NCBI GenBank assembly: GCA_964196305.1
Contig: CAXMSJ010000077.1
Location: 1-42,867, forward strand
Origin: an uncultured Acidimicrobiia bacterium
GTDB taxonomy: Bacteria; Actinomycetota; Aquicultoria; CAJVYJ01; JAUVQD01
Length of the DNA: 42,867 nucleotides
Reading direction: 5' to 3'
Shown: positions 17,462-27,165 of the stretch, in pieces
How positions within the stretch are numbered: the first letter of the stretch is position 1
Layout of the letters: every line of letters starts with the position of its first letter
The notes under the pieces: model-generated
Told to the model about the DNA's origin: nothing
Databases searched by the model: none
What the model saw: only the letters and a program-made list of their open reading frames with translations
Translations under genes and position numbers: made by a program

Positions 17462-18679
17462 CTAGCCTTCCTGTCCTTCCCTATAGGTGGCAACTTGGTT
17501 TCGTCCACCATTTTTTGCAGCATACAGCGCTTGGTCGGCTTGGTGTACTAGGTTTTCAGGCGTTTTTTCATCGTCGGGGATCAGCGAGGCGACCCCCAGG
17601 CTGATCGTTGCATATCGCCCGATAGCAGAAGATGGATGCTCTAGGCTGAGGCTCTCGACCGCCGCTCGCAGGATCTCGGCGACGTCGAGCGCCCCTGGCG
17701 CATCCGTGCCCGGCAGGACGACCACAAACTCTTCGCCACCGTAGCGGGCGACGATATCGCCGGGTCTCTTTAAGCCATCCGAGATAATGCCGGCCACGGC
17801 TTTCAGGCATTCATCACCTGCTTGATGTCCGAGGCTGTCATTGAACGCTTTGAAAAAATCTATGTCAGCCATGATCACAGACAACGGGGTTGATTCACGT
17901 AATGAGCGACGCCATTCATGGTGTAGAAACTCGTCAAAACTGCGCCTGTTGGCCACACCGGTCAGGCCGTCGATCGATGAGAGGCGGTAAAGCTGCTGAT
18001 TTGTCTGCTCCAGCGTCTTCGCCTCTGCTTCGACCAGATCGACAGTCGGTCGAAAGACGAGGTAGCAAATCAAGATCAAAGCAGTCAGGGTGACCAGCAT
18101 AATGGCCAACGCGAAGTACTGTAGCTGTTCGACATCTTGTCGACTCTCATTAGTATGTATTTGAACAACCTTATTGAGCGTGACCAGCAGCTCGGGGGCC
18201 AATTTTCGCAAGGCGATAGCATCGGGATTGTCGGGAGTCAGGCTGTTGGCATCGGCTGCGACCAGGGATTTAGCATGCCCGAGGTAGGCCGATGTCCGCT
18301 CTCGTAAGCGCTCTGGCTGTTCCAGGTATATGAGCCGGATTTTCTCGGATTTTAGCTGGGGAAGAACGGGGTTTTCCGGCGGATCATCAATTGGTCCGCC
18401 ATTAAGGAGGGCGTCGGCCGAATCTTCCATGAGTAACGTGGTTTGCTGGAGATTGGTCCAGACCGCCTGCCGCTGCTTTTGCGGAGCATGAACCAATTCC
18501 ACTCCCAGTAAAGCGATCCGCTGGGAGAGCATGCGCTGTCGACCGCTGAGGTTGACTAGATCGGCTGCAGCCAGCTGGGTTGTGATCAGCAGTTGCAGCG
18601 TTAAGAAAGAGATGATCGACAGCGCGGCAATGAGCGCGATCGCAAACTGGTATTGGCGCTTAAGTGTGGCGGCTCTCAT
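17462..18679 (-). CDS. Membrane diguanylate cyclase with a NarX/PilJ-type extracytoplasmic sensor
   Basis: TM1, P-box-like VNLSGRQRMLSQRI, TM2, DGLTGVANRR, I-site RPGD and active site GGEEF. Confidence 0.9.
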   Translation of the reverse strand: MRAATLKRQYQFAIALIAALSIISFLTLQLLITTQLAAADLVNLSGRQRMLSQRIALLGVELVHAPQKQRQAVWTNLQQTTLLMEDSADALLNGGPIDDPPENPVLPQLKSEKIRLIYLEQPERLRERTSAYLGHAKSLVAADANSLTPDNPDAIALRKLAPELLVTLNKVVQIHTNESRQDVEQLQYFALAIMLVTLTALILICYLVFRPTVDLVEAEAKTLEQTNQQLYRLSSIDGLTGVANRRSFDEFLHHEWRRSLRESTPLSVIMADIDFFKAFNDSLGHQAGDECLKAVAGIISDGLKRPGDIVARYGGEEFVVVLPGTDAPGALDVAEILRAAVESLSLEHPSSAIGRYATISLGVASLIPDDEKTPENLVHQADQALYAAKNGGRNQVATYREGQEG

Positions 18680-18740
18680 TGCAGAGTCATCTTATCATTT
18701 ATGGAGAGGGCCGTGTCTGCAGGTGCGGCGGTGGGTGGAG

Positions 18741-19601
18741 CTAGTCCGCCGCTGCCTTTATGAAAGTTCCTGCTTCATACTCTTCAAAAGCGGTCACTAG
18801 CTCAGCCTGGGTGTTCATGACGATCGGTCCGCGCCAGGCGACGGATTCGCCGAGCGGTCGACCGGAGATCAGAAGAAAGCGCACTCCGGTGTCGCCGGCT
18901 TTGATATTGAGACCATCGCCGTCACCGAAGATAACTAGCTCTTCAGGGCCGACGGCCGAAGTCTGTTCGGTGTCAAAAAAACCGGAGCCGGCGAAGACGT
19001 ACACAAAAACCTTGTGGCCGGGCCGGACATTAGGTTCAAATGCGCCTTGTGCTTCGATCGAGATATCCAGATAGGTAGGTTCGGCGATGATGTCGCCGAC
19101 CGGACCGCGGGCTCCAGCCAGTTCGCCGCAGATAATTCTGGCGGTCACACCGGGGGCTGGTTCGACCACCGGCACTTGGTCTTTCTTGATGTCCTGGTAG
19201 CGCGGGGCCATCATCTTGCGGTCGGCGGGGAGGTTGATCCAGAGCTGGAACCCCTGGAGAGAGCCTTCCTGACGCCGGGGCATTTCCTGATGGATGATAC
19301 CGCTGCCGGCGGTCATCCACTGGGTGTCCCCGCTGCCGATGACCCCCTGGTTTCCTAGGCTGTCGCCGTGCGCGACTTCGCCTTGAAGCATATAAGTGAC
19401 GGTTTCAATGCCGCGATGTGGGTGCCAAGGGAAGCCGGACATGTAGTCGCTGGGGTTGTCTGAATGGAAATCGTCGAGAAGCAGAAAGGGGTCAAGTAAG
19501 GGCACTTCATAGTATCCGAAAGCCCGCTTCAACCTGACCCCGGCACCCTCGACCGTTGGCTTGCTTTTCAGTATCTTGGCTATCCGGCGCTTGTTTTCCA
19601 T
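18741..19601 (-). CDS. Pirin family protein
   Basis: Motifs DPFLLLDDF, GFPWHPHRGIETVTY, WMTAGSGIIHQE, FQLWINLP and GPIVMN. Confidence 0.95.
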   Translation of the reverse strand: MENKRRIAKILKSKPTVEGAGVRLKRAFGYYEVPLLDPFLLLDDFHSDNPSDYMSGFPWHPHRGIETVTYMLQGEVAHGDSLGNQGVIGSGDTQWMTAGSGIIHQEMPRRQEGSLQGFQLWINLPADRKMMAPRYQDIKKDQVPVVEPAPGVTARIICGELAGARGPVGDIIAEPTYLDISIEAQGAFEPNVRPGHKVFVYVFAGSGFFDTEQTSAVGPEELVIFGDGDGLNIKAGDTGVRFLLISGRPLGESVAWRGPIVMNTQAELVTAFEEYEAGTFIKAAAD

Positions 19602-19645
19602 GCCTTATTATACCCAGAACGGGGTCGCGCCGGGGCTGATCTTGG

Positions 19646-20071
19646 CTAGGAGACTCCCACCAGGGTGATCTCAAAGGTCAGCTCTTTTCCGGCTAGTGGG
19701 TGGTTGGCGTCGAACTTGACCACGTCCTCGCCGACCTCACAGACTGTTGAGTTCAGTGGTTGTCCTTGAGGGTCTCTTAGTTGCACTTGATCTCCAAGAC
19801 TGGGCTTGAAGTCGGGCGGTAGTTCCTCCGCAGCGATCTCGATTATCTGGTCCCCCTGATGGGGTCCATATGCTTGCTCGGGCGGAATGGTTGTGGTGCG
19901 GGACTCGCCCGGCGCCAGCCCCATCACAGCGCTGTCGAAACCGGGAATGACTTCGCCAGAGCCGACGGTGAATTCCAGCGGCTCACGACCCTCAGAGCTG
20001 TCAAAGACCGTTCCGTCTTCGAGTGAACCTTTATAGTGAACCTTTACAGCGCTGCCGTTTTCAGCTTTCAT
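19646..20071 (-). CDS. slyD: FKBP-type peptidyl-prolyl isomerase, SlyD-like, without the His-rich tail
   Basis: Motifs VKVHYKGSLEDGTVFDSS, PEQAYG and DANHPLAGKELTF. Confidence 0.85.
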   Translation of the reverse strand: MKAENGSAVKVHYKGSLEDGTVFDSSEGREPLEFTVGSGEVIPGFDSAVMGLAPGESRTTTIPPEQAYGPHQGDQIIEIAAEELPPDFKPSLGDQVQLRDPQGQPLNSTVCEVGEDVVKFDANHPLAGKELTFEITLVGVS

Positions 20072-20165
20072 GCCTGTTCCTTCCTTCAGCTTATGAGTAT
20101 ATTTACCCTATCATATACCCGGCGGCCGTTCTCTTTTCGGCGGACCTCAGCGTCTCTGCAGTTGG

Positions 20166-21458
20166 CTAGCGTTTGGTGAGGGTGAACGGGCTCAGCACAA
20201 AATAGCGACCGTCGGGTAAGGCAGTGCTCAGCAACCCTCGGCCGCGTCCGCTCAGTGACTCCGGGGCATAGCTGCCGGTCAACTCGACTCGATAGCTAGT
20301 CTCAGCTTCAAAAAAGCCGTTCTCAAAGGTGCCAGTGATCGGCCAGAGCTTGGCCTGCATATCGACACACCCATTGACCGGAACGATCGGATAATTCCGG
20401 CGCGAGTAAAACCTCCCACTGACTAAGCCGTTATTTTGCAGCTGAATAACCACTCTGACTTGCTGAGGGCACCGGTAGATCTGCCCTGACTTGACGGGGA
20501 AAACATCGTCAAAGGTTGCGGTCCCTTCGTAAATCGGGCCATCCTTGGGGTTGTATTCGGGGGCACCGGTCGGGTCCTCCGGCGCTGGTTCGTCCGCTTC
20601 AGCCACTAGTTTATTGATGGCTCCGCCGAGCGCGACTTCCCAGTTTTCCTCGAGGAAATCGATGTCTTGATAAGCTCCGGATTTGATCTGGTCCCGAATT
20701 CGCTGCCGCAAGTCTTTGATGTCCGGGCGCTTCTCCAGTTCCTTCTGCTTGATCACGCGCTCGATATCTCCGTTGATGAAGCTATCGATAACATCATTCG
20801 TGTCTCGGCTGTCGCCCGCCATAAACGTGGAGATTAGGGCGGGGTCGATCGCCGCGTCGATCTCGACGGCGATTTCCTGAAAGACCCGGTTTTTGGTCTT
20901 GTTGAGCAGGTTTTTGGCCGCTCGATTGTCAAACAGGCTAATAATATCGGTGATTGGCAAGCTGTTGGCTTGATTGTCGAGTCGGGCCGCAGTATCGTTC
21001 AAGGCGTTGATCATTCCCTGGATCGCGACTACACGGCCTTTGTACTCGTCCCATTCGAGTTTTTTCTTGGCCAGCTCCTTGGCCAGGGCCGCTCTTTTTG
21101 TCTCAAGTGTCCGCGTTCTTCTGCGAAAGGCCTGGGCCTGACGGCGATATTCTTGACGGACCGCTGCTGCCTCTCTTTGTTTGCCGACATCGCTTGAGGC
21201 TTGCTTGAGCTCCGCGGTCCTCCGAACTATCCGCTCGAATTTTGATGCTTGGCGCAGGAGCCAGATTTGGGCGATCGGAGCTGACGGGCCAAGCGGACGG
21301 GTTAGCCTCTCGGGTGCTTTGACGACCAAGCCGCTCTCTGACTTCGGACCGCGAAAGATATTAAAGGCGACCGCAACCTGAGGCACCAAGAAGAGCAGGC
21401 AGAATGAAATGAGAATTAGCATCGAGGCCGTTTTGAGTAGCCGGGCTCTGGGGTTCAT
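20166..21458 (-). CDS. Hypothetical exported protein with a long coiled coil and a C-terminal beta domain
   Basis: Signal peptide (..QVAVA|F), charged heptad region, Pro-rich linker, and a beta-rich C-terminus with 2 Cys. Confidence 0.7.
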   Translation of the reverse strand: MNPRARLLKTASMLILISFCLLFLVPQVAVAFNIFRGPKSESGLVVKAPERLTRPLGPSAPIAQIWLLRQASKFERIVRRTAELKQASSDVGKQREAAAVRQEYRRQAQAFRRRTRTLETKRAALAKELAKKKLEWDEYKGRVVAIQGMINALNDTAARLDNQANSLPITDIISLFDNRAAKNLLNKTKNRVFQEIAVEIDAAIDPALISTFMAGDSRDTNDVIDSFINGDIERVIKQKELEKRPDIKDLRQRIRDQIKSGAYQDIDFLEENWEVALGGAINKLVAEADEPAPEDPTGAPEYNPKDGPIYEGTATFDDVFPVKSGQIYRCPQQVRVVIQLQNNGLVSGRFYSRRNYPIVPVNGCVDMQAKLWPITGTFENGFFEAETSYRVELTGSYAPESLSGRGRGLLSTALPDGRYFVLSPFTLTKR

Positions 21459-22031
21459 CTAGTCTTTCACCCCGAGAGTCTGCATGTACGTCAGGTGGCC
21501 CTGCTCAATAGTGAAGGTGACCGTATCGCCCAGGTATGATCTGACCTCGCCTTGCTCGAAGATGTTGTTGGCAAACTCGATAGGCGCCACCTTGTCGTCG
21601 CCCAAGGCTGCGATAGTGGCCTGGTAGTTCATGGAGAAGTCGAAGTTCTCAATTCTGGCTTCCGAGTAACGCACGTCCTTTCCCGGATCATTCAGTGCCG
21701 AGACCGAGAGGATGTCCCCAGCCACAAAGCGGATCTTTTTCCGGTGCTGTGGGTAGTACCAGATCTCAGTGCGGGAGAGCCCTTCTCCGTCCTCTCCGCC
21801 AATCGGCAGATAGGCCAGAATGAACTGTTGCGGTCGGCCAAAGGTGTCGATGATCTCTTGCTGATCGCTAGTCAGGAGCCGCTGCTGATCTCCCGGGCTT
21901 TCCTGACCAGAACGCTCGGCGGTCGGGTCTGGTGCGGCACTGTTCTCTGGTTGGGCGCAGCCGAACAAAGTTAGGGTCACGATCAGAAAAAAGGTAGCCA
22001 GTTTCCGGTACTCAGATTGTTTTTGTTTCAC
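21459..22031 (-). CDS. Hypothetical lipoprotein
   Basis: Lipobox LFGC after a hydrophobic stretch. Its stop codon directly abuts the next ATG. Confidence 0.75.
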   Translation of the reverse strand: MKQKQSEYRKLATFFLIVTLTLFGCAQPENSAAPDPTAERSGQESPGDQQRLLTSDQQEIIDTFGRPQQFILAYLPIGGEDGEGLSRTEIWYYPQHRKKIRFVAGDILSVSALNDPGKDVRYSEARIENFDFSMNYQATIAALGDDKVAPIEFANNIFEQGEVRSYLGDTVTFTIEQGHLTYMQTLGVKD

Positions 22032-22145
22032 GGGTCTATCTTAGCAAACGGCCCAGGCCTCGGGGACAGGGTAATGATTGTTGTTCTGCAGGCCCCCATG
22101 GTATATTCCTGCTAGTGCTGGGGTGCTATCGAGCAGGGGGGCTTT

Positions 22146-22655
22146 ATGGACAGTATGCTGATCATCACGACGACCATCGGTTGGATCCACATCATGGCGG
22201 TAGCCGTAGTTATCGGCGGGTCATACTTCATGAACTTTATCATCAAAAAAGTGGCCAAAGATATGCCGGTCCCTGAGGGTGGGCAACTGAAGAAGAAAGT
22301 CGGTCCTCTCTTTGGGCAGCTCGCCGGTATCATGACCCTGCTGATCATTGTCACCGGAGTGGTGCGTTCTGTCGGCATGGGGCTGTTTACGCGGTCGGTG
22401 CTGATCGAGACGGGGTACGGCAACCTGCTGATCGCTAAACTCATTATTACCACCATTATTGTGCTCAACAGCGTTCTTATGACGCGCAACGGGATCAAGC
22501 TGGCGGCGCTGACTAGTGCCGAGGGTCAGCCGGACAGGGATGCCATCGGGTCCATAAGCAAGCAGCAAGACGAACTATCAATGACTAGCCTGGCCTTAGC
22601 GGCGGTCGCGGTAGCTTGTGCGGTAGCCATGCGCATGATCGGCTCACCGGTCTAG
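22146..22655 (+). CDS. 4-TM membrane protein, CopD/DUF4149-like
   Basis: WIHIMAVAVVIGG and 'YG.LL..KL' patterns with four hydrophobic helices, close to copA. Confidence 0.65.
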   Translation: MDSMLIITTTIGWIHIMAVAVVIGGSYFMNFIIKKVAKDMPVPEGGQLKKKVGPLFGQLAGIMTLLIIVTGVVRSVGMGLFTRSVLIETGYGNLLIAKLIITTIIVLNSVLMTRNGIKLAALTSAEGQPDRDAIGSISKQQDELSMTSLALAAVAVACAVAMRMIGSPV

Positions 22656-22672
22656 GGGTAGGAGTGGCCTAG

Positions 22673-22978
22673 TTGATACGAAAACTGGCTCGCTACCGGG
22701 TTCGCGATGGGGCCCAGAGTGACGCGGTAGCGGCTATTGAGGACTTCGTTACGGCCATCGAGCGGGACGAGCCGGGAACAGTCTATTCAGTCTATAGGCA
22801 CAGTGATGGAGTGACGTTCACCCACTTCATATCGTTTCCCGGCACTGTAGCCGAGGCGGCACACAAAGGTGCTGTACACACCCGAAGATTTGTCGATACC
22901 CTTTACCCGCTCTGCGAAGAACCCCCGGTCTTCACTGACCTAGCGCTGGTCAAGTCCTCCCATATCACCTTTGATTGA
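22673..22978 (+). CDS. Antibiotic biosynthesis monooxygenase (ABM)-like dimeric alpha/beta barrel protein
   Basis: About 100 aa with EPGTVYSVY...F.H...AH...H...F...LYP pattern. RBS GGAG precedes a TTG start. Confidence 0.7.
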   Translation: MIRKLARYRVRDGAQSDAVAAIEDFVTAIERDEPGTVYSVYRHSDGVTFTHFISFPGTVAEAAHKGAVHTRRFVDTLYPLCEEPPVFTDLALVKSSHITFD

Positions 22979-25456
22979 CTAAGCTCGGCCCGCTGGGCCG
23001 GCGGATGGAAGATGCTCGATCCGTGCTCTTTTCAGACGTAAAGAGTTGAGCACCACGGTCAGTGAGCTGACAGCCATTGCTCCGCCGGCGAACATTGGGC
23101 TGAGCAAGGTGCCGGTGAACGGATACAGGACTCCGGCCGCTACCGGGATAAGGGCGGTGTTGTAGAAAAATGCCCAGAAGAGGTTCTGTTTGATCGTCTT
23201 GATCGTCCGCTTGCTCAAAGAAATGGCTTCGACAGCTAGTCGCAGGTCGTCCCGGATCAAGGTTATGTCTGAGGCCTCAATAGCGACATCTGTCCCGGTG
23301 CCGACGGCGATGCCGACATCCGCTTGAACCAAGGCCGGGGCATCGTTAATGCCGTCTCCGACCATGGCGACGATCGCCCCATCCCCTTGGAGTTTCTTGA
23401 TCTCGTCTGCCTTATCGCCCGGCAGAACCTCGGCCAGCACCGTGTCAATTCCGACTTCTTTTGCAATGGCGGTAGCGGTGCGAGCATTGTCGCCGGTCAG
23501 CATGGCGACTTTTATTCCCAGCATATGCAACTCTGCGACGGCTGCTCGTGAATGTTCCTTAATAGTGTCGGCGACGGCGATGGCCCCAGCCAAGCGACCA
23601 TCGACAGCGACGTAGACCGCTGTCTTGCCTTGATCGGAGAACTCATCGATGCGGTTCTTCAGTGGTTCGCTGTCGATGCCTAGCCCCTCAAGTAGGGTCG
23701 AATTGCCGATAGCCACGGCTGTTTCGCCGATCTGCGCCCGAATGCCGTGACCGGTCAGGGCTTCAAAGTCCGTCACCGGTGGCAATTCTAGGTCCTGTGC
23801 TTGGGCGGCCCGGACGATCGCTTCGCCAATTGGGTGCTCGGAGCCCTTCTCGGCGGCGGCCGTGAGGGCCAACAGAGTGCCATCTTCAAGCCCACCAGAA
23901 GAGACGATATCGGTGACTGCCGGCTCGCCTTTAGTGAGCGTGCCGGTTTTGTCAAAGACCACGGTAGTTATTTTATGGGCGGTTTCCAGGGCTTCGCCAC
24001 CCTTGATCAGGATGCCGTTTTCAGCTCCACGGCCGGTGCCGACCATGATGGCGGTCGGCGTTGCCAGACCCAGCGCACACGGGCAGGCGATGATCAGAAC
24101 CGCTACGAAATTAAGGAGAGCGAACGTCAACGCTGGCTCTGGGCCAAAGAAGTACCAGGTTAGAAAGGTACTCGAGGCGATGACCATTACTCCTGGCACA
24201 AAGTAGGAGGCAATGATATCGGCTAGTCTTTGAATGGGCGCTTTTGATCCTTGGGCTTCCTCGACCATCCGGACGATCTGGGCCAAAACGGTGTCGCCGC
24301 CGACCCTGGCAGCTCTAAACTTAAAGCTTCCGGAGCCATTGGTGGTGGCCCCGACGACTTCATCATCCAGTCTTTTTGTCACCGGCAGACTTTCGCCAGT
24401 TAGCATCGACTCATCAACGGTCGAAGATCCTTCGACGACGACCCCATCTACCGGGATCTTCTCGCCGGGGCGGACGACGACGATGTCATTGATGGCCACC
24501 TCTTCCAGCGGCAGGTCGAGCTCCTCGCCACCCCTTTCGACTCTGGCTGTCTTGGCCCGCAGCCCCAGTAGCTTGCGGATTGCATCGGATGCTCGGCCTT
24601 TAGCCCTGGCCTCCAAAGAGCGTCCCAGCAGAATTAGCGCGATGACCGCGGCCGATGTATCGAAATAGATGCCGCCTAAGTCACCGGGAAATAACTCTGG
24701 AGCGAACGTAAAAGTTAAGCTGTAAAAGTATGCGGCGGAGGTGCCAAGCGCGATCAACGTGTCCATTGTGGTCAGACCATGCTTGGCGGCACTCCAAGTG
24801 CCCGCATAGAACTGGCGTCCGGCCCAAAATTGTATCGGGGTCGCCAGGATAGCTAGGACATAATGATTTTGCAGCAGGGCCGGAGCCCACGGGAAGATCT
24901 CGGGCATGCTTCCGATCATAATGAGCAGGGCCCCCACGGCGCTTCCCGTTAGCTTCAAATTGAGCTCTCTCAGTTCGCTTGCCCTGATCGCTTGTTCTCT
25001 ATCGGCGGCCAGCTCAGAATCGGAAAGCGCGATCGGCCGGAAACCGGCGTCCTTGATCGCGTCCTTGATCCGACTTTCGCGGATCACCTCCGGATCGAAT
25101 TTAATGCGGGCCTTTTCGAAAGAAACATTGAGGTCGAAGGAGTCGACACCGTCTAGAGACTTAAGGATATTGTCCACGGCCCCACCGCTTTTTGGAGAGT
25201 CCATGCCCAGCACCGACAAATGCAACTCATTTCGAGCTCTTTTTTCCGGCAGAATGAGGTCGTAGCCGGCATCTTTGACGACAGCGCGGATGGCTTTCAA
25301 GTCGATCTTGCTCTGGTCGAACTCGATCTGCGTACTCTGCGCGGCCAAGTTGACGGTGGCGTTCTCAACCCCCTCGGTCTCCCGCAAGGCGGTCTCCGCC
25401 CGCCTGACGCAGGAGGCACAGGTGAGGCCGGTGATCGGAACGGTAGTTTTCTCCAT
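22979..25456 (-). CDS. copA: Copper-translocating P1B-1 ATPase
   Basis: MBD GLTCASC, TGES, CPC in the TM, DKTGT, SEHP, GDGIND, YN and MxxSS. The start is at MEKTT (25456), because the longer start would span the operator and promoter. Confidence 0.95.
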   Translation of the reverse strand: MEKTTVPITGLTCASCVRRAETALRETEGVENATVNLAAQSTQIEFDQSKIDLKAIRAVVKDAGYDLILPEKRARNELHLSVLGMDSPKSGGAVDNILKSLDGVDSFDLNVSFEKARIKFDPEVIRESRIKDAIKDAGFRPIALSDSELAADREQAIRASELRELNLKLTGSAVGALLIMIGSMPEIFPWAPALLQNHYVLAILATPIQFWAGRQFYAGTWSAAKHGLTTMDTLIALGTSAAYFYSLTFTFAPELFPGDLGGIYFDTSAAVIALILLGRSLEARAKGRASDAIRKLLGLRAKTARVERGGEELDLPLEEVAINDIVVVRPGEKIPVDGVVVEGSSTVDESMLTGESLPVTKRLDDEVVGATTNGSGSFKFRAARVGGDTVLAQIVRMVEEAQGSKAPIQRLADIIASYFVPGVMVIASSTFLTWYFFGPEPALTFALLNFVAVLIIACPCALGLATPTAIMVGTGRGAENGILIKGGEALETAHKITTVVFDKTGTLTKGEPAVTDIVSSGGLEDGTLLALTAAAEKGSEHPIGEAIVRAAQAQDLELPPVTDFEALTGHGIRAQIGETAVAIGNSTLLEGLGIDSEPLKNRIDEFSDQGKTAVYVAVDGRLAGAIAVADTIKEHSRAAVAELHMLGIKVAMLTGDNARTATAIAKEVGIDTVLAEVLPGDKADEIKKLQGDGAIVAMVGDGINDAPALVQADVGIAVGTGTDVAIEASDITLIRDDLRLAVEAISLSKRTIKTIKQNLFWAFFYNTALIPVAAGVLYPFTGTLLSPMFAGGAMAVSSLTVVLNSLRLKRARIEHLPSAGPAGRA

Positions 25457-25476
25457 GACATACCCTCTTTCCAAGA

Positions 25477-25493
25477 ATACCCCTATGGGGTAT
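25477..25493. promoter_or_regulatory. CsoR operator ATACCCC-TAT-GGGGTAT
   Basis: Perfect inverted repeat with C/G tracts between divergent copA and csoR, matching the established CsoR operator pattern. A minus-strand TTGACA -35 lies at 25517-25522. Confidence 0.88.
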
Positions 25494-25582
25494 ATTGTTA
25501 CCCTAGAGTACAGGTCTGTCAAGATATTTTTTGTTGGCCTGGCGGGGAAACAGCTTGATTAAAGAACAGGAGGTGAGAGAGG

Positions 25583-25861
25583 ATGGCGCCGGCATATTCG
25601 GTTGATGAAACCAATATTATTAATCGGCTCAAGCGGATCGAAGGCCAAACCAGAGGCTTGCAGCGGATGGTGTCCGAAGGCAAGTACTGCGTGGACATCC
25701 TAACGCAGATATCTTCCGCCTCTAAAGCGCTGGAAAAAGTGGCCCTTATCATTTTGAAAGATCATATCAATGGATGTGTGCGCGATTCGATCGAGCGGAA
25801 CGATTCGGAAGAGAGCGTCGACGAGCTAGTGAATGTGGTCGAAAAGTTCTTGCGGACCTAA
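25583..25861 (+). CDS. csoR: Copper-sensing repressor CsoR
   Basis: RLKRIEGQ.RG, YCVDILTQ and HINGC give the Cys-His-Cys Cu(I) ligand set. RBS AGGAGG. Confidence 0.92.
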   Translation: MAPAYSVDETNIINRLKRIEGQTRGLQRMVSEGKYCVDILTQISSASKALEKVALIILKDHINGCVRDSIERNDSEESVDELVNVVEKFLRT

Positions 25862-25930
25862 GCTGGTTAGCAACCGTCTTGAGGGCGCGCAATAGGCGCC
25901 GTATAATAATATTGTGTTGAAGGGAGCCTG

Positions 25931-26134
25931 ATGGAGAAACTGGGGTATGCGATCTTGCTGGTCGCAACAGTGGCCTGGCTGGCCAGCATGATCTGGGAGA
26001 TGGTGCCGATCTGGCCGGAAGGGGCGATCGGGCTGGTCACCCTAGTGGGGCTCGGCCTACTTTTTACCAAGGCTCTTGCCGATCGCGTTAAAGCAGCGCG
26101 GACCGACAAATATTCGAAGGATGTTAAGAGGTAA
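25931..26134 (+). CDS. Small 2-TM membrane protein
   Basis: 67 aa with two hydrophobic helices, RBS GGGAG and an upstream TATAAT. It abuts the ybjQ-like gene. Confidence 0.7.
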   Translation: MEKLGYAILLVATVAWLASMIWEMVPIWPEGAIGLVTLVGLGLLFTKALADRVKAARTDKYSKDVKR

Positions 26135-26470
26135 ATGGAGCTGTTAGAAACGACCCAAGATGAATTCGCGGATTATGAAATAAAGGAAACCCTAGGGGTG
26201 GTGCGGGGCAATACTGTCCGTGCTCGTCACGCTGGGAAAGATATTATGGCTGGGCTGCGAAACATAGTCGGGGGCGAGATCGAAGAATATACAAAATTGC
26301 TGGCAGAGTCGCGGGAGCAGGCTACCGACCGGATGAGGGATGAAGCCAGGAAGCTCAATGCCGACGGGATTGTTTGCATTCGCTTTACGACCTCGTCGAT
26401 CATGGGGGGCGCTTCGGAACTTTTTATCTATGGAACCGCCGTTAAACTAGCCAAGAAAGCGACCGGCTGA
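26135..26470 (+). CDS. YbjQ/UPF0145 family putative heavy-metal-binding protein
   Basis: GLRNIVGGEIEEYTKLLAESREQA...ADGIV...YGTAVK signature. Confidence 0.9.
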   Translation: MELLETTQDEFADYEIKETLGVVRGNTVRARHAGKDIMAGLRNIVGGEIEEYTKLLAESREQATDRMRDEARKLNADGIVCIRFTTSSIMGGASELFIYGTAVKLAKKATG

Positions 26471-26495
26471 TTACTATGTCGCCAACTGGGTCGAC

Positions 26496-26855
26496 GTGAG
26501 CACTGAAGAGGAAATAAAAGCGGTGATCGAGGGCCACATTGCCAAGAACCGCGGCTCGTATGCGGCTTGGTATGTGGGGATATCCGCCGATCCCCAGAAA
26601 AGTCTTTTCAGCGACCACGGGGTTCGCCACAAGGGTGATGCATGGATATTTCGCCAGGCGCAAACCAGCAGCGCCGCCCAGAATATAGAGAAATACTTTT
26701 TAGACCATGGAGCTGACGGTAACCTCGATGCGGGCGATGACGATCCGAAATTTGTTTACGCTTACAAGAAGTACCGACATACAACACCAAGATCAGCCAA
26801 AAGAGCTATTTTTCTAAAGCTCCGGCGTCTTGTTGGCCGGGGCTCCACTGACTGA
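26496..26855 (+). CDS. Hypothetical protein with a YVG motif (GIY-YIG-like fold possible)
   Basis: WYVGISADP..LF..H..., 'A..IEKYF' and VYAYKK. Confidence 0.6.
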   Translation: MSTEEEIKAVIEGHIAKNRGSYAAWYVGISADPQKSLFSDHGVRHKGDAWIFRQAQTSSAAQNIEKYFLDHGADGNLDAGDDDPKFVYAYKKYRHTTPRSAKRAIFLKLRRLVGRGSTD

Positions 26856-26858
26856 GCT

Positions 26859-27152
26859 TTAGCCCGGCCTTGATCGGTAATCATCTCGGCCTTTCCAGTT
26901 CCACCATTTCAGCAGTTGATCGTCATGTTTGTCATGGGAAGCGAAGTAGATTGCGCCCCGAAAGACATATAAAACACAGCGATCAACAGGTCGTCGCTCT
27001 GCTACAGACAGGCGCTCATACAGTTCTTCGGCGTTGCCATCTTTTAGCTCCGCGATCGAAGAGATGCCGATGCTCAGCAATTTCTTGGCTAACTTGGGTC
27101 CGATGCCGGGTATCTGCCGGAGTTCTTGTAGGGCTTGAGCCTGCCCATTCAT
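26859..27152 (-). CDS. Helix-hairpin-helix protein, Cdd1 (pathogenicity locus)-like
   Basis: LRQIPGIGPKLA..L..IGI, ELYERL, DRCVLYVFR and C-terminal WWNW. Confidence 0.8.
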   Translation of the reverse strand: MNGQAQALQELRQIPGIGPKLAKKLLSIGISSIAELKDGNAEELYERLSVAERRPVDRCVLYVFRGAIYFASHDKHDDQLLKWWNWKGRDDYRSRPG

Positions 27153-27165
27153 ACTTTAGGACAAA

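Noticed and set aside
25583-25861. csoR considered as the persulfide sensor cstR because an SQR-like gene is nearby
   Set aside because: It retains the Cu-binding His (HINGC), is divergent from copA, and has a canonical C/G-tract operator.
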